Source: a virus. From it: a stretch of 64,000 nt of DNA. Within the stretch, counting starts at the first letter, position 1. Each line of letters begins with the position of its first letter. The notes beneath the pieces are model-generated. The model was not told where the DNA came from, searched no databases, and saw only the letters and a list, made by a program, of their open reading frames with translations. A program made the translations under genes and the position numbers. The DNA is taken from IMG/VR virus record IMGVR_UViG_3300025154_000063, positions 24,994-88,993 of that record. One strand, 5' to 3'. Shown one piece after another: positions 28,868 through 40,137 of the stretch.

Positions 28868-29565
28868 TTACCTTCCTTTGCCTCGGCTAACCACCTGTAG
28901 GCTGTGCGTGTTGAAACTTGATATATATCTGCGATTACTTCTGGTGTTGCCTTTGAACCACTAGCTTCTAACATTGCTCTTAATTCACCGGAAGCTACAT
29001 CCTTTTTAAACTGTTTCTTACCACTAGCATCACTAGTCACAGGGGCTGACAGCCTTTCTGCTTTTCGCTCTGCTTTATCTCTCTCTACAGACTTTATTAA
29101 TTCGGAGTGCTGTGTCCTAGTAGCCAACAAGATAGCAGCTGGTATAGATAACAGAGTCAACAGACCCCTTGCAGACACGATGAACCATGGAAGAGCACTA
29201 TCAGAACCTATTAGAGCTGAGTCCAAAGCAATGTTAACCACAATAATAACTGTGAAGTAAGATACAAATGAGACTATTGCTAGCCCCATTGGTGCTTTCT
29301 TATATTCTGCCTTATTTCTCTTATTGTAGCTCCAGAAGGATATGATTGTTGACACAGTTGAGAGACCGAGAATTTCTACTGCTAGGGCTACAAAGAATGC
29401 AATTACTGGTGGGTATGACAGTGTTTGTGTCATGTGACCCCAAGTTGTATATGCAGGGGCTAAAGGAGCAATCCACGGTGCAATCGCTGACAATAAGTTA
29501 ACTAGAGAAGCATCACTGTCACGAATGAACCTGTTTGCTCTATCAAAAATGTTTTCATTTTCCAC
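28864..29565 (-). CDS. Membrane protein with C-terminal HTH (DUF2637-like architecture)
   Basis: About 4 TM segments, then IADIYQVSTRTAYRW. Confidence 0.6.
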   Translation of the reverse strand: MENENIFDRANRFIRDSDASLVNLLSAIAPWIAPLAPAYTTWGHMTQTLSYPPVIAFFVALAVEILGLSTVSTIISFWSYNKRNKAEYKKAPMGLAIVSFVSYFTVIIVVNIALDSALIGSDSALPWFIVSARGLLTLLSIPAAILLATRTQHSELIKSVERDKAERKAERLSAPVTSDASGKKQFKKDVASGELRAMLEASGSKATPEVIADIYQVSTRTAYRWLAEAKEGN

Positions 29566-29834
29566 ACTATTATGCCTCCTTTCCTACAAAGATGCTGTTT
29601 ATTGTTACATCTTCTGATACTTCTACAGGAATATACTTATTACTAAATTTTATTGTCTTAAGCTCACTGCCAAGCAGGTCTGCTATATTTACTTCTATTA
29701 GGTCAGGCAACATGTTGTATTTTTTAACATAATACTCTACAGCAATTAAGATTTTATCTGTAAACTGCTGTAGAGTCTTGTTTTTGCCTGTCCACCATAG
29801 CATATATATTATTGTCTTTGGTGGAGTTGTCATA

Positions 29835-30479
29835 TTAGTCCTCCCAAGGGAGTAACTGAGAGCCCTGTTTTACCGGCAAGCCTGCAATATTGCCAAAGTT
29901 AACTTGTTTACGTGCACTAACGTGCTTATCAGCCAAAGTCATTGGCTTATTTGGTGCTACTTTGTTAAAATTATTTGAAACATTTCCTATATATGGCTTA
30001 TGTGCTGTTGGTGTAGTAGTAACTTTCCTATGTGTATTTCCTCCAGCCACAGTTTTAAGACTTCCTGACTTACACAGCGCCCAAATTAACATTTTCTCAG
30101 GGGCAATATCCATAACAGATGCCATTAAAACAAAACCAAGTAAGATAAATGGGGAGTCAAGCAACTGTGAAATGGTCATTCCACGACCAGCAGTAAGCCC
30201 AAGGATATTTGTGAAGATTGAATAGGCATATCCTAGTAAACCCAGACCATATAAGGCTCTTAAAACCTCATCATGCTTGATGTCTTTAACATCAATTGTG
30301 TTAAAGATAAACTCAAGGATTGTCATTGTAATTGCAAGGGCAATACCAACCCAAGCACGACTTGCAATAAATGAAAACCCGTCTTTTGAAAAAGCCATAC
30401 TACCAATTAAGACTACTACCGATGTTATTGCTGCAATGATTTTTAAAACTGTTAGATAGCTTGTTTTACTAATGTTCAT
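29835..30479 (-). CDS. Multi-pass membrane protein
   Basis: About 4 hydrophobic segments and a basic tail. Confidence 0.6.
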   Translation of the reverse strand: MNISKTSYLTVLKIIAAITSVVVLIGSMAFSKDGFSFIASRAWVGIALAITMTILEFIFNTIDVKDIKHDEVLRALYGLGLLGYAYSIFTNILGLTAGRGMTISQLLDSPFILLGFVLMASVMDIAPEKMLIWALCKSGSLKTVAGGNTHRKVTTTPTAHKPYIGNVSNNFNKVAPNKPMTLADKHVSARKQVNFGNIAGLPVKQGSQLLPWED

Positions 30480-30507
30480 TTTGTTCCTCCTGTTTTAATT
30501 TACATTA

Positions 30508-30536
30508 ATTATATCATAAACTGTACTGGGTGTCAA
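30508..30536 (-). promoter_or_regulatory. sigma70 promoter
   Basis: TTGACA-17-TATAATTAATG. Confidence 0.8.
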
Positions 30537-30541
30537 GAGTA

Positions 30542-32239
30542 TTATCCAACTTCACATAAAGAAAAGTCACAAACAGAGCAATGCTTACATCCAGCCTCTT
30601 TAATTAAAGCCTCTCCACACACGGGGCATAGGTCTTTCTTAATATTCTTTGGGGTAAGTACTTCTACCTGCCTAGACTGATTTCTGTACACAGTTATACC
30701 CTTAATGCTCGGCATATGATATGCCATCATAAACATTTCAGCAACCGTTGAGCGCCTAGTTAGCTGTGGGCAGTTAATAGTTTTCGAGACACCGGCATCC
30801 ACGAATTCCTGTGCTGCTTCAAGTGTTAATATGTGTTCTTGCCATGTTACTTCTTTACCCCCATTACTTGACACAGCGCAGCGGAAGTGTGGAGCAGATG
30901 CCATTGGATGTTCTATTTGATATGTTTATGTTTTATCTGCACGTTCCATGATTTCAGAAAAGATAGGTTCAATACCAGACGAACAACCAGCCAAAATTGA
31001 AATAGTACCCGTTGGTGCAATTGATAGGAGTGTTACATTCCTACGTGGTTTTGGCATACTGATTGTATTCTTTGGTTGACCAAATATCTTGCCCAAATAG
31101 ATAGACTCTTCCTCGGCAATTGCTGCAATACCACCCATTACTTGAGACAAAAGACCAATAGCTTGTTTAGAACCATAAACTATTCCAGATTCTAATAAGC
31201 AGTCTGCATATCCCATGATACCAATACCAATACTACGGTTATCCTTTGCCCACTGTGCAATCTCTGGAGTTGGATAAGAATTAACAGAAACAACAGCATC
31301 TAAGAAACGTGTAGTAAGACGAACAGTTTTCTCAAGAAGCTCATAATTTATCTTTCCATCTACCATGTGTTTTGATAGGTCAATACTCGCCAGATTACAC
31401 ACCCCATACTTAGGAAGTCCTTGTTCACCACATGGATTTGTTGCATCTATTACTTGTGCTGAGTAAGTATATGGTGATTTATTTACTTTCTCTTTAAAGA
31501 TTAGGCCAGGCTCACCATTTTCCCATGCCCCATCAACAATTAAATTAAACACGTCACGAGCTTTTAATTTTTCATAGCTTATACCATTAAACTCTGTATA
31601 GTAGCTACTATCAGATTCAACAGCTGCCATAAATTCATCATCTACCATTACCGAGATATTAGTATTTGACATAATACCTTCTTGTGTTTTGGCAGATATA
31701 AATTTTAGAATATCTGGATGCCTGACTGACATAACCCCCATCATTGCCATAGCCCTAAACCCAGACTGTGTTATTACTTCCATATCTTTACAGATTGTGC
31801 TGAAAAACCCAACAGGCCCACCTGAATATCCATGGGCAGAACCAGAAACTTTTGAACCTTGCGGACGTATATTAGACAAGGTAGTACCACATCCACCACC
31901 CTTACGGGCTATTTTTGCAAAGTCATACTTTGTTTTATAGATGTCGTCAATCGTGTCATCAAACGGGAGAACAAAGCAGGCTGATAAACCACCATTTACT
32001 GTACCACTATTAACAAGTGTTGGTGAATTTGGTAACATAAACCTGTGGTATAACATGTCCCTTGTTTCGTCAAAGTCTATACCACCTTCTGGAAATACAT
32101 GAGCCATTACTCTATCTACAACTTGACTCCACCTCCACTCCCCTGTGTGGAAATATCGTTTCTTTAATACATTTTTAGATACATCATCCAACCTGCGAAC
32201 AGGTTTATATTTTGGGCCTGCTATACTATTCATCCTCAA
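30542..32239 (-). CDS. nrdJ: Class II (B12-dependent) ribonucleotide reductase, interrupted by one in-frame TAA at 30926-30928
   Basis: PNSP, SACFV, GEPG, TNPCGE, CNL, APTGT upstream; SKTIN, KGITVYR and C-terminal Cys cluster downstream in the same frame. Confidence 0.85.
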
Positions 32240-32478
32240 TTACTTCCTTTATTAATTCACTATAATTGGATAACCAATTCTTTGCAGCCGATGTGTCAAC
32301 ACCCTCAAGTATAGCCACAGCCACGATTAATGCCAGCGCTAGCCTATTTGCTTTTGCATCTTTAATTGAAATACACTGCATGGCAGCATCCATACTATCC
32401 CACTCTGGACTACTAACTTGTATGCCATCCATGTAGTCACAAAAGAATTTATCTAAAGCATCTACAGGCTCTTCTGAA

Positions 32479-32835
32479 TTACTCATCTTCTACCTCAACC
32501 TCACACTCAGCACAATCTAAAAAGAACTTACAAAAGTCGTCCAATGTCATTGACACTATACTCTGCCCATAGCGCCAACCCTTTTTATGTATAACAGATA
32601 TAGGCAACTCACCCTTATCTTCTCTTGCTATACGTGCTTGTTCAATAGCATTTACAATTAAACCAAAAGAAGGGCTCTTACTATGTTTTATTTCTACTGA
32701 TAGTGGTGCAGATGTAATAACGTCTGACTTACCACCAGCTCTAAAGCGCTGTTTAAAGTCAGCTCCCCTTCTTTGACCATCAGGAAAATATTTTGCAATC
32801 TCCCGCTCAACCTTTTTCCACGTCTTATCAGTCAT
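32479..32835 (-). CDS. Putative Holliday junction resolvase (PD-(D/E)xK)
   Basis: WK..EREIA, SDV...VEIK. Confidence 0.65.
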   Translation of the reverse strand: MTDKTWKKVEREIAKYFPDGQRRGADFKQRFRAGGKSDVITSAPLSVEIKHSKSPSFGLIVNAIEQARIAREDKGELPISVIHKKGWRYGQSIVSMTLDDFCKFFLDCAECEVEVEDE

Positions 32836-33000
32836 CTTCTTCATCCTCATAAACAAAGAACAACCCTTCCTCATTCTTGAAGAAAAAGCTGTCTCTATCA
32901 TAATTATCAAAATAATGAAGTGCTCCACTTGCTGTCACTTCCTCAACTGTAACCACATCCCCAATGTAGTTTCCGAGCGTTTCACAAATTATTCTAATTT

Positions 33001-33390
33001 TCATAGTAATTCTACAATTGGTTTTGATGGAATAATAAAGTGTGGATTTATAGGAGTTTTATTAGCTTGTTTTCTAATATGCTCTATCCATTCCATTTCC
33101 AACTTTGGTACGTCTCCCTTAATTGGGTGTGGATGATGCTTTCTACAAACGCACATAAGGTTAGTATAGTGTTCCCTATAATCTCCGGCAACAATACCCC
33201 TACCAAATACATGGTGTACTTCTTCTCTATTCACTCTTAGACCGTCAGTAAAATAACAAACAACACACAGGCTGTTATCACGACTTATAGCTAGGGCTGC
33301 TTGTACACGTCTGTACTGAATTAATTCACTGTGTTTTGTCTTTTGTTCTGCTATCCTATCTGACTTTTTTGGTTTTGGTGATGGGGGCAT
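33001..33390 (-). CDS. HNH-like nuclease
   Basis: RD..CVVC...EVHHV...NLMCVCRKHH. Confidence 0.7.
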   Translation of the reverse strand: MPPSPKPKKSDRIAEQKTKHSELIQYRRVQAALAISRDNSLCVVCYFTDGLRVNREEVHHVFGRGIVAGDYREHYTNLMCVCRKHHPHPIKGDVPKLEMEWIEHIRKQANKTPINPHFIIPSKPIVELL

Positions 33391-33881
33391 ATGTTACCTT
33401 CTTTACGTTAATTCGTTTGTAGGTTAAGCCTCGTCGCTATTACCCATGAGAGAAAGAATTGTCTGCATAGCTTGACCACACAGATTATCCAACTCCTCTT
33501 TACCTATCCCCTTTACTTCCGCCGCCATTGCTACGGCTGCGGGAACGGTCAGGTCAATAGTTAAACTAGCATTAATACCTTCCATAAGTTGATACTTAAG
33601 TTTTGCTTTCATCTGACCTCTTTCCAAACTTTGTTACCTTGCTAGTGTCAAGTGGATAACTTTTTATATTCCTGCGGATTATCTGTGCCTGTCTAAATAG
33701 TTTTTGAATTTCAAGGACTAAATTTACTCCACCTAATGTAGTAGTTTCACCAAGTTCTGATAGCTTCTTTGCTGCCAAGTAAGCAGCTGCCAGAGATATA
33801 AGCAAACTGGCTGACGGGTCAGTTGCCTGCTTGTCGTCAGCCAGAGTGGATACCTTATTGATGTCTACTTCATACTGCTGG

Positions 33882-34331
33882 CTAGAACGGAAACTCGTCT
33901 TCGCCATCTTGAGTACCGAAGTCTTCTGTGAATTGCTCTTCTTCGGTTGCAGTTTTCTTGGCAGCGGGTTTAGAATTTTTAGCACCAGAGTAGTTTTCAT
34001 CTTTTGCAAACTCTGCAACTGTGAAACTACGAATTAAGAAAGAGTGACCATACTTTGTCTCACCATCTTTCTCATATTTGTAGGTGCTATAAATAGCACT
34101 GACAAGAATTTTTGCACCCTTCTTTGCAAGCTTGGCTAAGTTTTCAGCAGTCTTTCCGAGAGCTGTTAACTGAACCCAAGTGGTTTCTTTAGTCCACTCA
34201 TCATTGACTTTCTTTGCCATGTCGAGAGCAATGCTACAGGTGGCACGCATAGTACCATTTGGCGTGTGTTGAACCTCAACATCCTTGCCAAGTCGACCCA
34301 AGAACATACAGTTATTTAACAATTCATTCAT
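33882..34331 (-). CDS. ssb: Single-stranded DNA-binding protein
   Basis: N...GRLGKD OB fold; acidic tail ending DEFPF. Confidence 0.92.
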   Translation of the reverse strand: MNELLNNCMFLGRLGKDVEVQHTPNGTMRATCSIALDMAKKVNDEWTKETTWVQLTALGKTAENLAKLAKKGAKILVSAIYSTYKYEKDGETKYGHSFLIRSFTVAEFAKDENYSGAKNSKPAAKKTATEEEQFTEDFGTQDGEDEFPF

Positions 34332-34376
34332 TTTTTATTTCCTCCGTTTAGGGTTAGTTTATGACTTACGATATTA

Positions 34377-34454
34377 ATTATACACTATATTTACATCTGT
34401 GTCAAGGGGCAATATTTTTATCCCCTTGCAATTATTTTGTTTTTATGGTATAAT
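34377..34454. promoter_or_regulatory. Divergent sigma70 promoter pair at the strand switch
   Basis: Minus TTGACA-17-TATAAT (34377-34405); plus TTGCAA-17-TATAAT (34426-34454). Confidence 0.8.
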
Positions 34455-34483
34455 TATACCATTATATATTCTATTTGTAAAGG

Positions 34484-34738
34484 GTGTGTGTAATGATTAG
34501 TTTAAGTAGTGATAACTTTGTATCAGTAGATACAGAAATCTCCCTCAAAGAATTAATACAGGTTGGACTAATCATAATGACTATTCCAGAAAAGCTGGCT
34601 GTAGTTATGTATATAGATGGTTTTTCAAAGGGTGAAACAGCAGAGATACTTGGCTTTCATAGGGCTACTGTGAGTTCACATACAAAATCTGCTCTTGCTA
34701 AAGCACGTACAGTATTCCTAGAAAATTTGGAGGTTTAA
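34484..34738 (+). CDS. Stand-alone sigma70 region-4-like HTH protein
   Basis: GFSKGETAEILGFHRATVSSHTKSALAK. Confidence 0.7.
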   Translation: MCVMISLSSDNFVSVDTEISLKELIQVGLIIMTIPEKLAVVMYIDGFSKGETAEILGFHRATVSSHTKSALAKARTVFLENLEV

Positions 34739-34740
34739 AT

Positions 34741-34947
34741 ATGCGAGGTCACAGATGCCTAGCCGGTTGTGGAAAAGCAATAACTTATAGGTTTGCTATT
34801 TGTTCAGACTGTGAAAAGATTTATGGTAGAAGTTCTTTACAGTGGCCAGAGTGGTTACGTTACTCATGGAAACAAACACAGAAAGACCGCAGGAAAGAAA
34901 AGAAACACAAGCAAAACTGTATCAACATTACGTTTAATGACATTTAG
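34741..34947 (+). CDS. Small Cys-rich protein
   Basis: CLAGC...CSDC; GGAGG RBS. Confidence 0.6.
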   Translation: MRGHRCLAGCGKAITYRFAICSDCEKIYGRSSLQWPEWLRYSWKQTQKDRRKEKKHKQNCINITFNDI

Positions 34948-35009
34948 TGACAATTGTGACATATTGACAAAAACTGTCAAATTTATGTCATTTACTCTGT
35001 GGAGGTTTT

Positions 35010-35825
35010 ATGGTTAAAAATAAAGATTTAGCAATTAGAGAAGACGCAGATTGGAATACCCTTGTATCTGCTTTAATTGATGAGATGGATACACAAGATA
35101 TGCCCGACAAAGTTATAACAGCTACGGAGTTATTACTGTGTGGATACCCAACAACAAAAGTAGCTAAAGAAATTGGAGTTACATCACAAACAGTTAGAAA
35201 CTGGCTGTCATCATACCCTATAATGTCAGACATAATTGCTAGAGGAAAACCGCTCTTAGCACAGTGGCGCATGTCCAAACTTGAACAACAATTCTTTAAA
35301 GCAATTAATAGGTCTGAGGATATACTTGGCGTTTCTTTAAGTGGCATTGACACAAAGACTGGTGAAAAAGTAGATGCAAAAATACTTACTGTTGTTGCAG
35401 CACAAGCCAGATATATTATTGGATTGTTTGCTGGTCAGCAATCTAATGTTAATGTTAGACACGAGCTTGATGACTCATTACTGCTTGCTCACACGGATGC
35501 ACTAGACTATATTACTCTACAGATGAAGAAACATCGTGAAGCAAATGAACCTATTGATGCAATAGTCAGAGTTATTGATGCTAAAGTTGATAACACAGCT
35601 CCCATGCTTGATGAAAATGGTGATGCACTATATGGAAAGCTCGGAGAAATTGATAAAACAGAAGATGGTATTCTTTGTCATGTTTGTGGCAAACGTCTAC
35701 GAGGGTTCTCAGCACACATATCAACAGCACACACAATGACTGCAGACGATTATGAACTGATATTTGCTCTACCAACAAACTTACTTTCAAAAGCAGAAGA
35801 CTACTGGAAAAATAAAAATGATTAA
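35010..35825 (+). CDS. Putative terminase small subunit with C-terminal ROS/MucR-like zinc finger
   Basis: HTH VAKEIGVTSQTVRNW; CHVCGK...H...H..T...Y; directly upstream of TerL. Confidence 0.65.
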   Translation: MVKNKDLAIREDADWNTLVSALIDEMDTQDMPDKVITATELLLCGYPTTKVAKEIGVTSQTVRNWLSSYPIMSDIIARGKPLLAQWRMSKLEQQFFKAINRSEDILGVSLSGIDTKTGEKVDAKILTVVAAQARYIIGLFAGQQSNVNVRHELDDSLLLAHTDALDYITLQMKKHREANEPIDAIVRVIDAKVDNTAPMLDENGDALYGKLGEIDKTEDGILCHVCGKRLRGFSAHISTAHTMTADDYELIFALPTNLLSKAEDYWKNKND

Positions 35826-37698
35826 GATTAATGAGGAGCTAGCAAGTCTAGCTAGAAAAGACCCACTAGTTTGGGGTATTTTGCACGTTGATTTGGGGGA
35901 TGGAAAAAAGTGGGAAGTTGAAACAAGAGCATGGATGAAAGAGATATATTCTGTTGTTAATCCATATGATATTGAAAGGTCTCCAGAAGGGTTAGCAAGG
36001 CGTATGTCTGTCATAAAAAGTACACAGTCTGGTCTTAGTACCATGGGTGTTGTTCGTATGCTACACTTTTTAACATCTTGGCCTAGTAGAGTAATTTACA
36101 CACTACCTCGCCAAATGGACTCTATTGATTTTGCAACCACTCGTCTTGACCCCATCCTAAGGAAGTCACCATATCTTCGTGGACTACTTGGTTCTCCAGA
36201 CTCCGTACATGCTAAACGTATAGGAGATAGTTTTGCTTACATACTAGAAATGAGTGTTGAGCCTAGGTCTATCCCAGCAGATATTATCTTTATTGATGAG
36301 GTAGATTTGTCTGACCCAGCCAACATATCAACAGCACTCAACCGTCTCGATGCGTCTCGCTGGAAACTAAACTATTTCTTTAGTACCCCAACATTACCAG
36401 CTTATGGAATTCACTCCATCTATGAGGGAAGTGACATGAGGGAGTGGCTTGTTAAATGTCCAACATGTAACCACGAACAACTCATAGAATGGGAAACACA
36501 CCTAAAGATTGTAGGAACAAACCATAATCCAGAGAAGGTTTATTTTGGTTGTATAAGATGTGGTGCTGAAATAACACTGCCACATATACAAACAGGTAGA
36601 TGGATTGCACAAAAACCAGACCTATCAAATCATCATATTGGCTTTCATGTATCCCAGATATTGTCATACTCTGCTTGGGATTTGTATAGGATTTTCCGTG
36701 ACCCACAGACAAACATCATGGAATTTTATAGAAAACGTCTTGGTATGCCATATGAAATCAGTGGTGGTTCTATAACCCGTGATGACATTATGGAACAATG
36801 TTTTCTAGAACCATATCCAGAAGAAGACATTAGAGATAAAGACTCACAATACTTCATGGGTGTTGACCAAGGAAATGAATTACAGGTTCTTATAGGAAAG
36901 TTAGAGCCCGAATCAAACGTACCTAAATTGGTACACGCTGAACTCGTTCCAATGGAAAAGGGGTTCGACCGCATAGGTCAGCTTATGAATATCTTTAAAA
37001 TAAAGCGCTGTGTTGTTGATGCAAACCCTAACAGACATGAGGCAGTAAGATTGGTTAAAGCATTTCCAAATAGGGTACTTATTGCAGACTACATTGAACA
37101 AAAGGAAATGGTTAAGATTAAAAAATCTTTACTTGAGCTTCCTAAGCTCTTCACAGGTGTTGCAATAAACAGAACACTTGGATTTGATGCACTTGTAGCA
37201 GACATTAAAGATGGTAAATGGATGATGGCTGGTGAATTACCTAACCTAAGCTCTGAAATGGAACTGGTGATTGACCAGATGACCGCCATAAAGAGAGACC
37301 TAGAAACAAGAAAGACCCCATCAGGTGAAGTACAAGTAGCTGTGTGGCGAAAGATTAGAGCAGACCACTTTGCACACTCTTGGCTATATCTAAAGACCGC
37401 CATTGATGCCTTTAAAAAACGTGGTATGCGTATTGCTGTCATAGGAAAAACAGATATTGTTGAGGAAAGCTTGACAGAGATACTAGAAGATGATATAATT
37501 AAGAAAGCTATTTCTTCTTTGGCAGAAGTTCCACTTATTCAGCTTGCAGATTACTTAGCAAACTGGGAGTCAGAGGACTATGAGTACCCGTTCCCATTAA
37601 GCCATAAGATAGATGTTTGTAGAACATACGGTATTGGTGAACAGTATATTTTAAAGGCAATGGAAAAATTGGTCATTGACTCTAAACCAAAACTATGA
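35818..37698 (+). CDS. terL: Terminase large subunit (GpA-like)
   Basis: KSTQSGLS Walker A, IFIDEVD Walker B, FSTP, CPTC, MGVDQG, DHFAH. Confidence 0.9.
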   Translation: MIKINEELASLARKDPLVWGILHVDLGDGKKWEVETRAWMKEIYSVVNPYDIERSPEGLARRMSVIKSTQSGLSTMGVVRMLHFLTSWPSRVIYTLPRQMDSIDFATTRLDPILRKSPYLRGLLGSPDSVHAKRIGDSFAYILEMSVEPRSIPADIIFIDEVDLSDPANISTALNRLDASRWKLNYFFSTPTLPAYGIHSIYEGSDMREWLVKCPTCNHEQLIEWETHLKIVGTNHNPEKVYFGCIRCGAEITLPHIQTGRWIAQKPDLSNHHIGFHVSQILSYSAWDLYRIFRDPQTNIMEFYRKRLGMPYEISGGSITRDDIMEQCFLEPYPEEDIRDKDSQYFMGVDQGNELQVLIGKLEPESNVPKLVHAELVPMEKGFDRIGQLMNIFKIKRCVVDANPNRHEAVRLVKAFPNRVLIADYIEQKEMVKIKKSLLELPKLFTGVAINRTLGFDALVADIKDGKWMMAGELPNLSSEMELVIDQMTAIKRDLETRKTPSGEVQVAVWRKIRADHFAHSWLYLKTAIDAFKKRGMRIAVIGKTDIVEESLTEILEDDIIKKAISSLAEVPLIQLADYLANWESEDYEYPFPLSHKIDVCRTYGIGEQYILKAMEKLVIDSKPKL

Positions 37699-37704
37699 TA
37701 TAAT
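37676..37704 (+). promoter_or_regulatory. sigma70 promoter with extended -10 at the end of terL
   Basis: TTGACT-17-TATAATTAATG with TG at the extended -10 position. Confidence 0.8.
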
Positions 37705-37711
37705 TAATGTA

Positions 37712-38058
37712 TAAGTTTTTACAATGGTTTTCCACGGTCAGAGGATTACCTACATACTGGCAAGAAATCGCCTTCGGACGATGAGTCTCAAGGAACTACT
37801 TGAAGTAGTTCGCAAAACTCGTCTAGGTACAGTGGCTGACGCACGGATGTTGACTCTGTTATGGAGACTTTCAACAAGACGCACTCACACCCAACGTGCA
37901 AAAAGTGGGTGCGTCTATAATTTATATGCACATGAACACTAGAAACCCCCCGTCCTCGTATGGGGAACACAGTGAGTCTGGTAAAGCGAGACTTGGGCAG
38001 ATGCTCTAATTGAGCGTAGCTGTGTTCTTATTTCCCCTTTGTTTGGCAAGGGGGGAAT
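37712..38058 (+). ncRNA. ~340-nt hairpin-rich non-coding element (element D)
   Basis: GAACTAC/GTAGTTC, AGACGCACTCAC/GTGGGTGCGTCT, GAACACAG/CTGTGTTC, TTCCCCTT/AAGGGGGA. Confidence 0.6.
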
Positions 38059-38373
38059 ATATCAATTTACTTTTAGTATATATTTATACTTATTTTTAAA
38101 GCACGTCACAGAGCACTTAGGAGATAAAATGATATTTAATTTAGTAACAAAAAGTGATTTAGAAAAATCTATATTAAAAGGAATAATGGAAAGTATTATT
38201 ACTTTAGATAAATCTAAATCATATATTCTGGTGTTTCCAGAAGAATTAGAACTTTCAGTAGACATAGCTAAACAGTTAGCAGAGTTTACTAAAGAGCATA
38301 ATATGTTTATTATACAGTCAAATAATCTTAAATTAATTGAACTGTAATTTTCATGTGTAAAGGAGTGTGAACC

Positions 38374-38961
38374 TTGAATAAGTTGTTGAAGAATGTTTTG
38401 GTTTTGTTAGTTGCTTTTTCTTTTTTGTTGTCATCGTGTGATGCTGTACCGGCTGATTACCAGACAGCTATAGCTAGTGGTGAGGTCAGGGAGCAGGAGT
38501 GTGTAAGTGCTCCATCAGATAATGGTAAAATGTGGGCTATGAATAGCTGTGTGTGGGTATCTACAGTGGCTTATGAAGTTACTGTACGTATTAGTGATGA
38601 CCTGCTAAGCACACAGACAATTAATTCTGAATCATATGGTTCTGTAGTAGGCATGGGAGGCTCAGTATATGGGTCATCTAGCTCACGAATGTGGACAGAG
38701 GGCAAGGGAACAGTACCAGTTAAACTATTAAATATATCACATGAGTTTCCAATGGTTGAGGTTGGTCAATTAATTATACTAAAAACTACCGACTTAAAAG
38801 CAATCTCTTTACCTGTTGGAGCTATTGTACTGTTCGTTTGCAGTCAGGATGCTGAGGTAACTTCACCAGTGTACTCTGGTCAACTGTTAACTACTGATAG
38901 AGTTACTTATGAATTGGATAACTGCAGAATGAAGTCGCCGGCGTTTACAATGGGAGAATAA
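38374..38961 (+). CDS. Putative lipoprotein
   Basis: Signal peptide with lipobox LSSC. Confidence 0.7.
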   Translation: MNKLLKNVLVLLVAFSFLLSSCDAVPADYQTAIASGEVREQECVSAPSDNGKMWAMNSCVWVSTVAYEVTVRISDDLLSTQTINSESYGSVVGMGGSVYGSSSSRMWTEGKGTVPVKLLNISHEFPMVEVGQLIILKTTDLKAISLPVGAIVLFVCSQDAEVTSPVYSGQLLTTDRVTYELDNCRMKSPAFTMGE

Positions 38962-38962
38962 T

Positions 38963-40093
38963 ATGGCAACAATAGTTGGGCAGAAATTCCGTGTGTACGT
39001 AGTTGCACCTGATGGTATGGTTCACGACATCTCTGGTAGTGCTATAGAGATGTCCATAACACACAATGTTGACTCATATACAGAGTTAAACATGTCAATA
39101 ATTGCCAATGGGTATTCGATTGGCCCACTTGATATATTTGAGCAGGCAATTGTTGAAAATGTACATAACACTATGGTGACTGGTCTATGGAAGTGCCCTG
39201 CTTGTGGGAACACTAATCAGCAGGATGCTGTTTACTGCGGTCAGCACTCAAAACAGGTTCGTGGTTGTAACTCACCACGACCATTAGCTTAGGAGAGGGA
39301 ATGAGAAGAAAGGTATATGACTATCTGGTTGACTTTGCTGCAGCTTTAAGAAAGCAGTTAGTTGAAGATGATAAAAGGTGGGGAGACACTTGGTTAAAAA
39401 GGACACGTGAAGGACAGGAGGTAAGAACATTTCTAAACCTAGATAAGTACTACGATAGGTACATAACTCTTGGTGAGCCAATTCCGTGGTTAAAGGTTGC
39501 GGGAGAGGCAATGATATGCTGGATACGTGAACAGCATCCAGAAATTTGGCCTGAATAACAGGAGACAAGATGACAGAACAAAGTGCAACAGTAATTGTAG
39601 TTACAGATGACGGCTGTGTTCAGGTTTATGATGGTATAGTTTCTTCTACTGCTGAATGGGATGGTCGTCATGGACTTAACTTTAAGATAGCTTTAGTAAA
39701 AACAAAAAAGTTGACATATAGTTCTGTCAAAATATTTGCTAGTAAAATTGTAGCAACTATAAAAAGCATTTGCTGTAACGGGTATTGGGATTGTCCAGTG
39801 TGTGGTTATAGAAATCTATCCCTTTCAGATAAATGTGGTGACAAAAATAAGACAGGTGGTTGTGGCAGACCAATACCAATTATAACAGGAGAATATAAAT
39901 GACATTAAAAGCTGGTTTTTTCTTACTTACTGATGACTGTGGCAGGGAGTACCATATTCCTGAGCCATTTCGTGAAGATGCTGAAAGGCTAATGAATGAT
40001 ATTAAAGAGGTATGGGTAGATTCACCAACATACAAAAACTCTTTTGAATTGTTTACTCGTCGTTATGGTAGGTATGTATATATTGAAAAATAA
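38963..40093 (+). other. Four small hypothetical genes, two with related W.CP.CG..N....CG...GC..P.P zinc ribbons
   Basis: ORFs 38963..39292, 39301..39558, 39570..39902, 39899..40093. Confidence 0.6.
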
Positions 40094-40111
40094 ATAAAAT
40101 TTTTTACTAAT

Positions 40112-40137
40112 ACACCCCTGAAAAGGGGTGTTTTTTT
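40112..40137 (+). terminator. Rho-independent terminator
   Basis: ACACCCCT-GAAA-AGGGGTGT-TTTTTT. Confidence 0.85.

Noticed and set aside
18232-37758. 10-nt complementarity (CTACATACTG) between elements C and D
   Set aside because: Expected by chance at this length and does not extend convincingly
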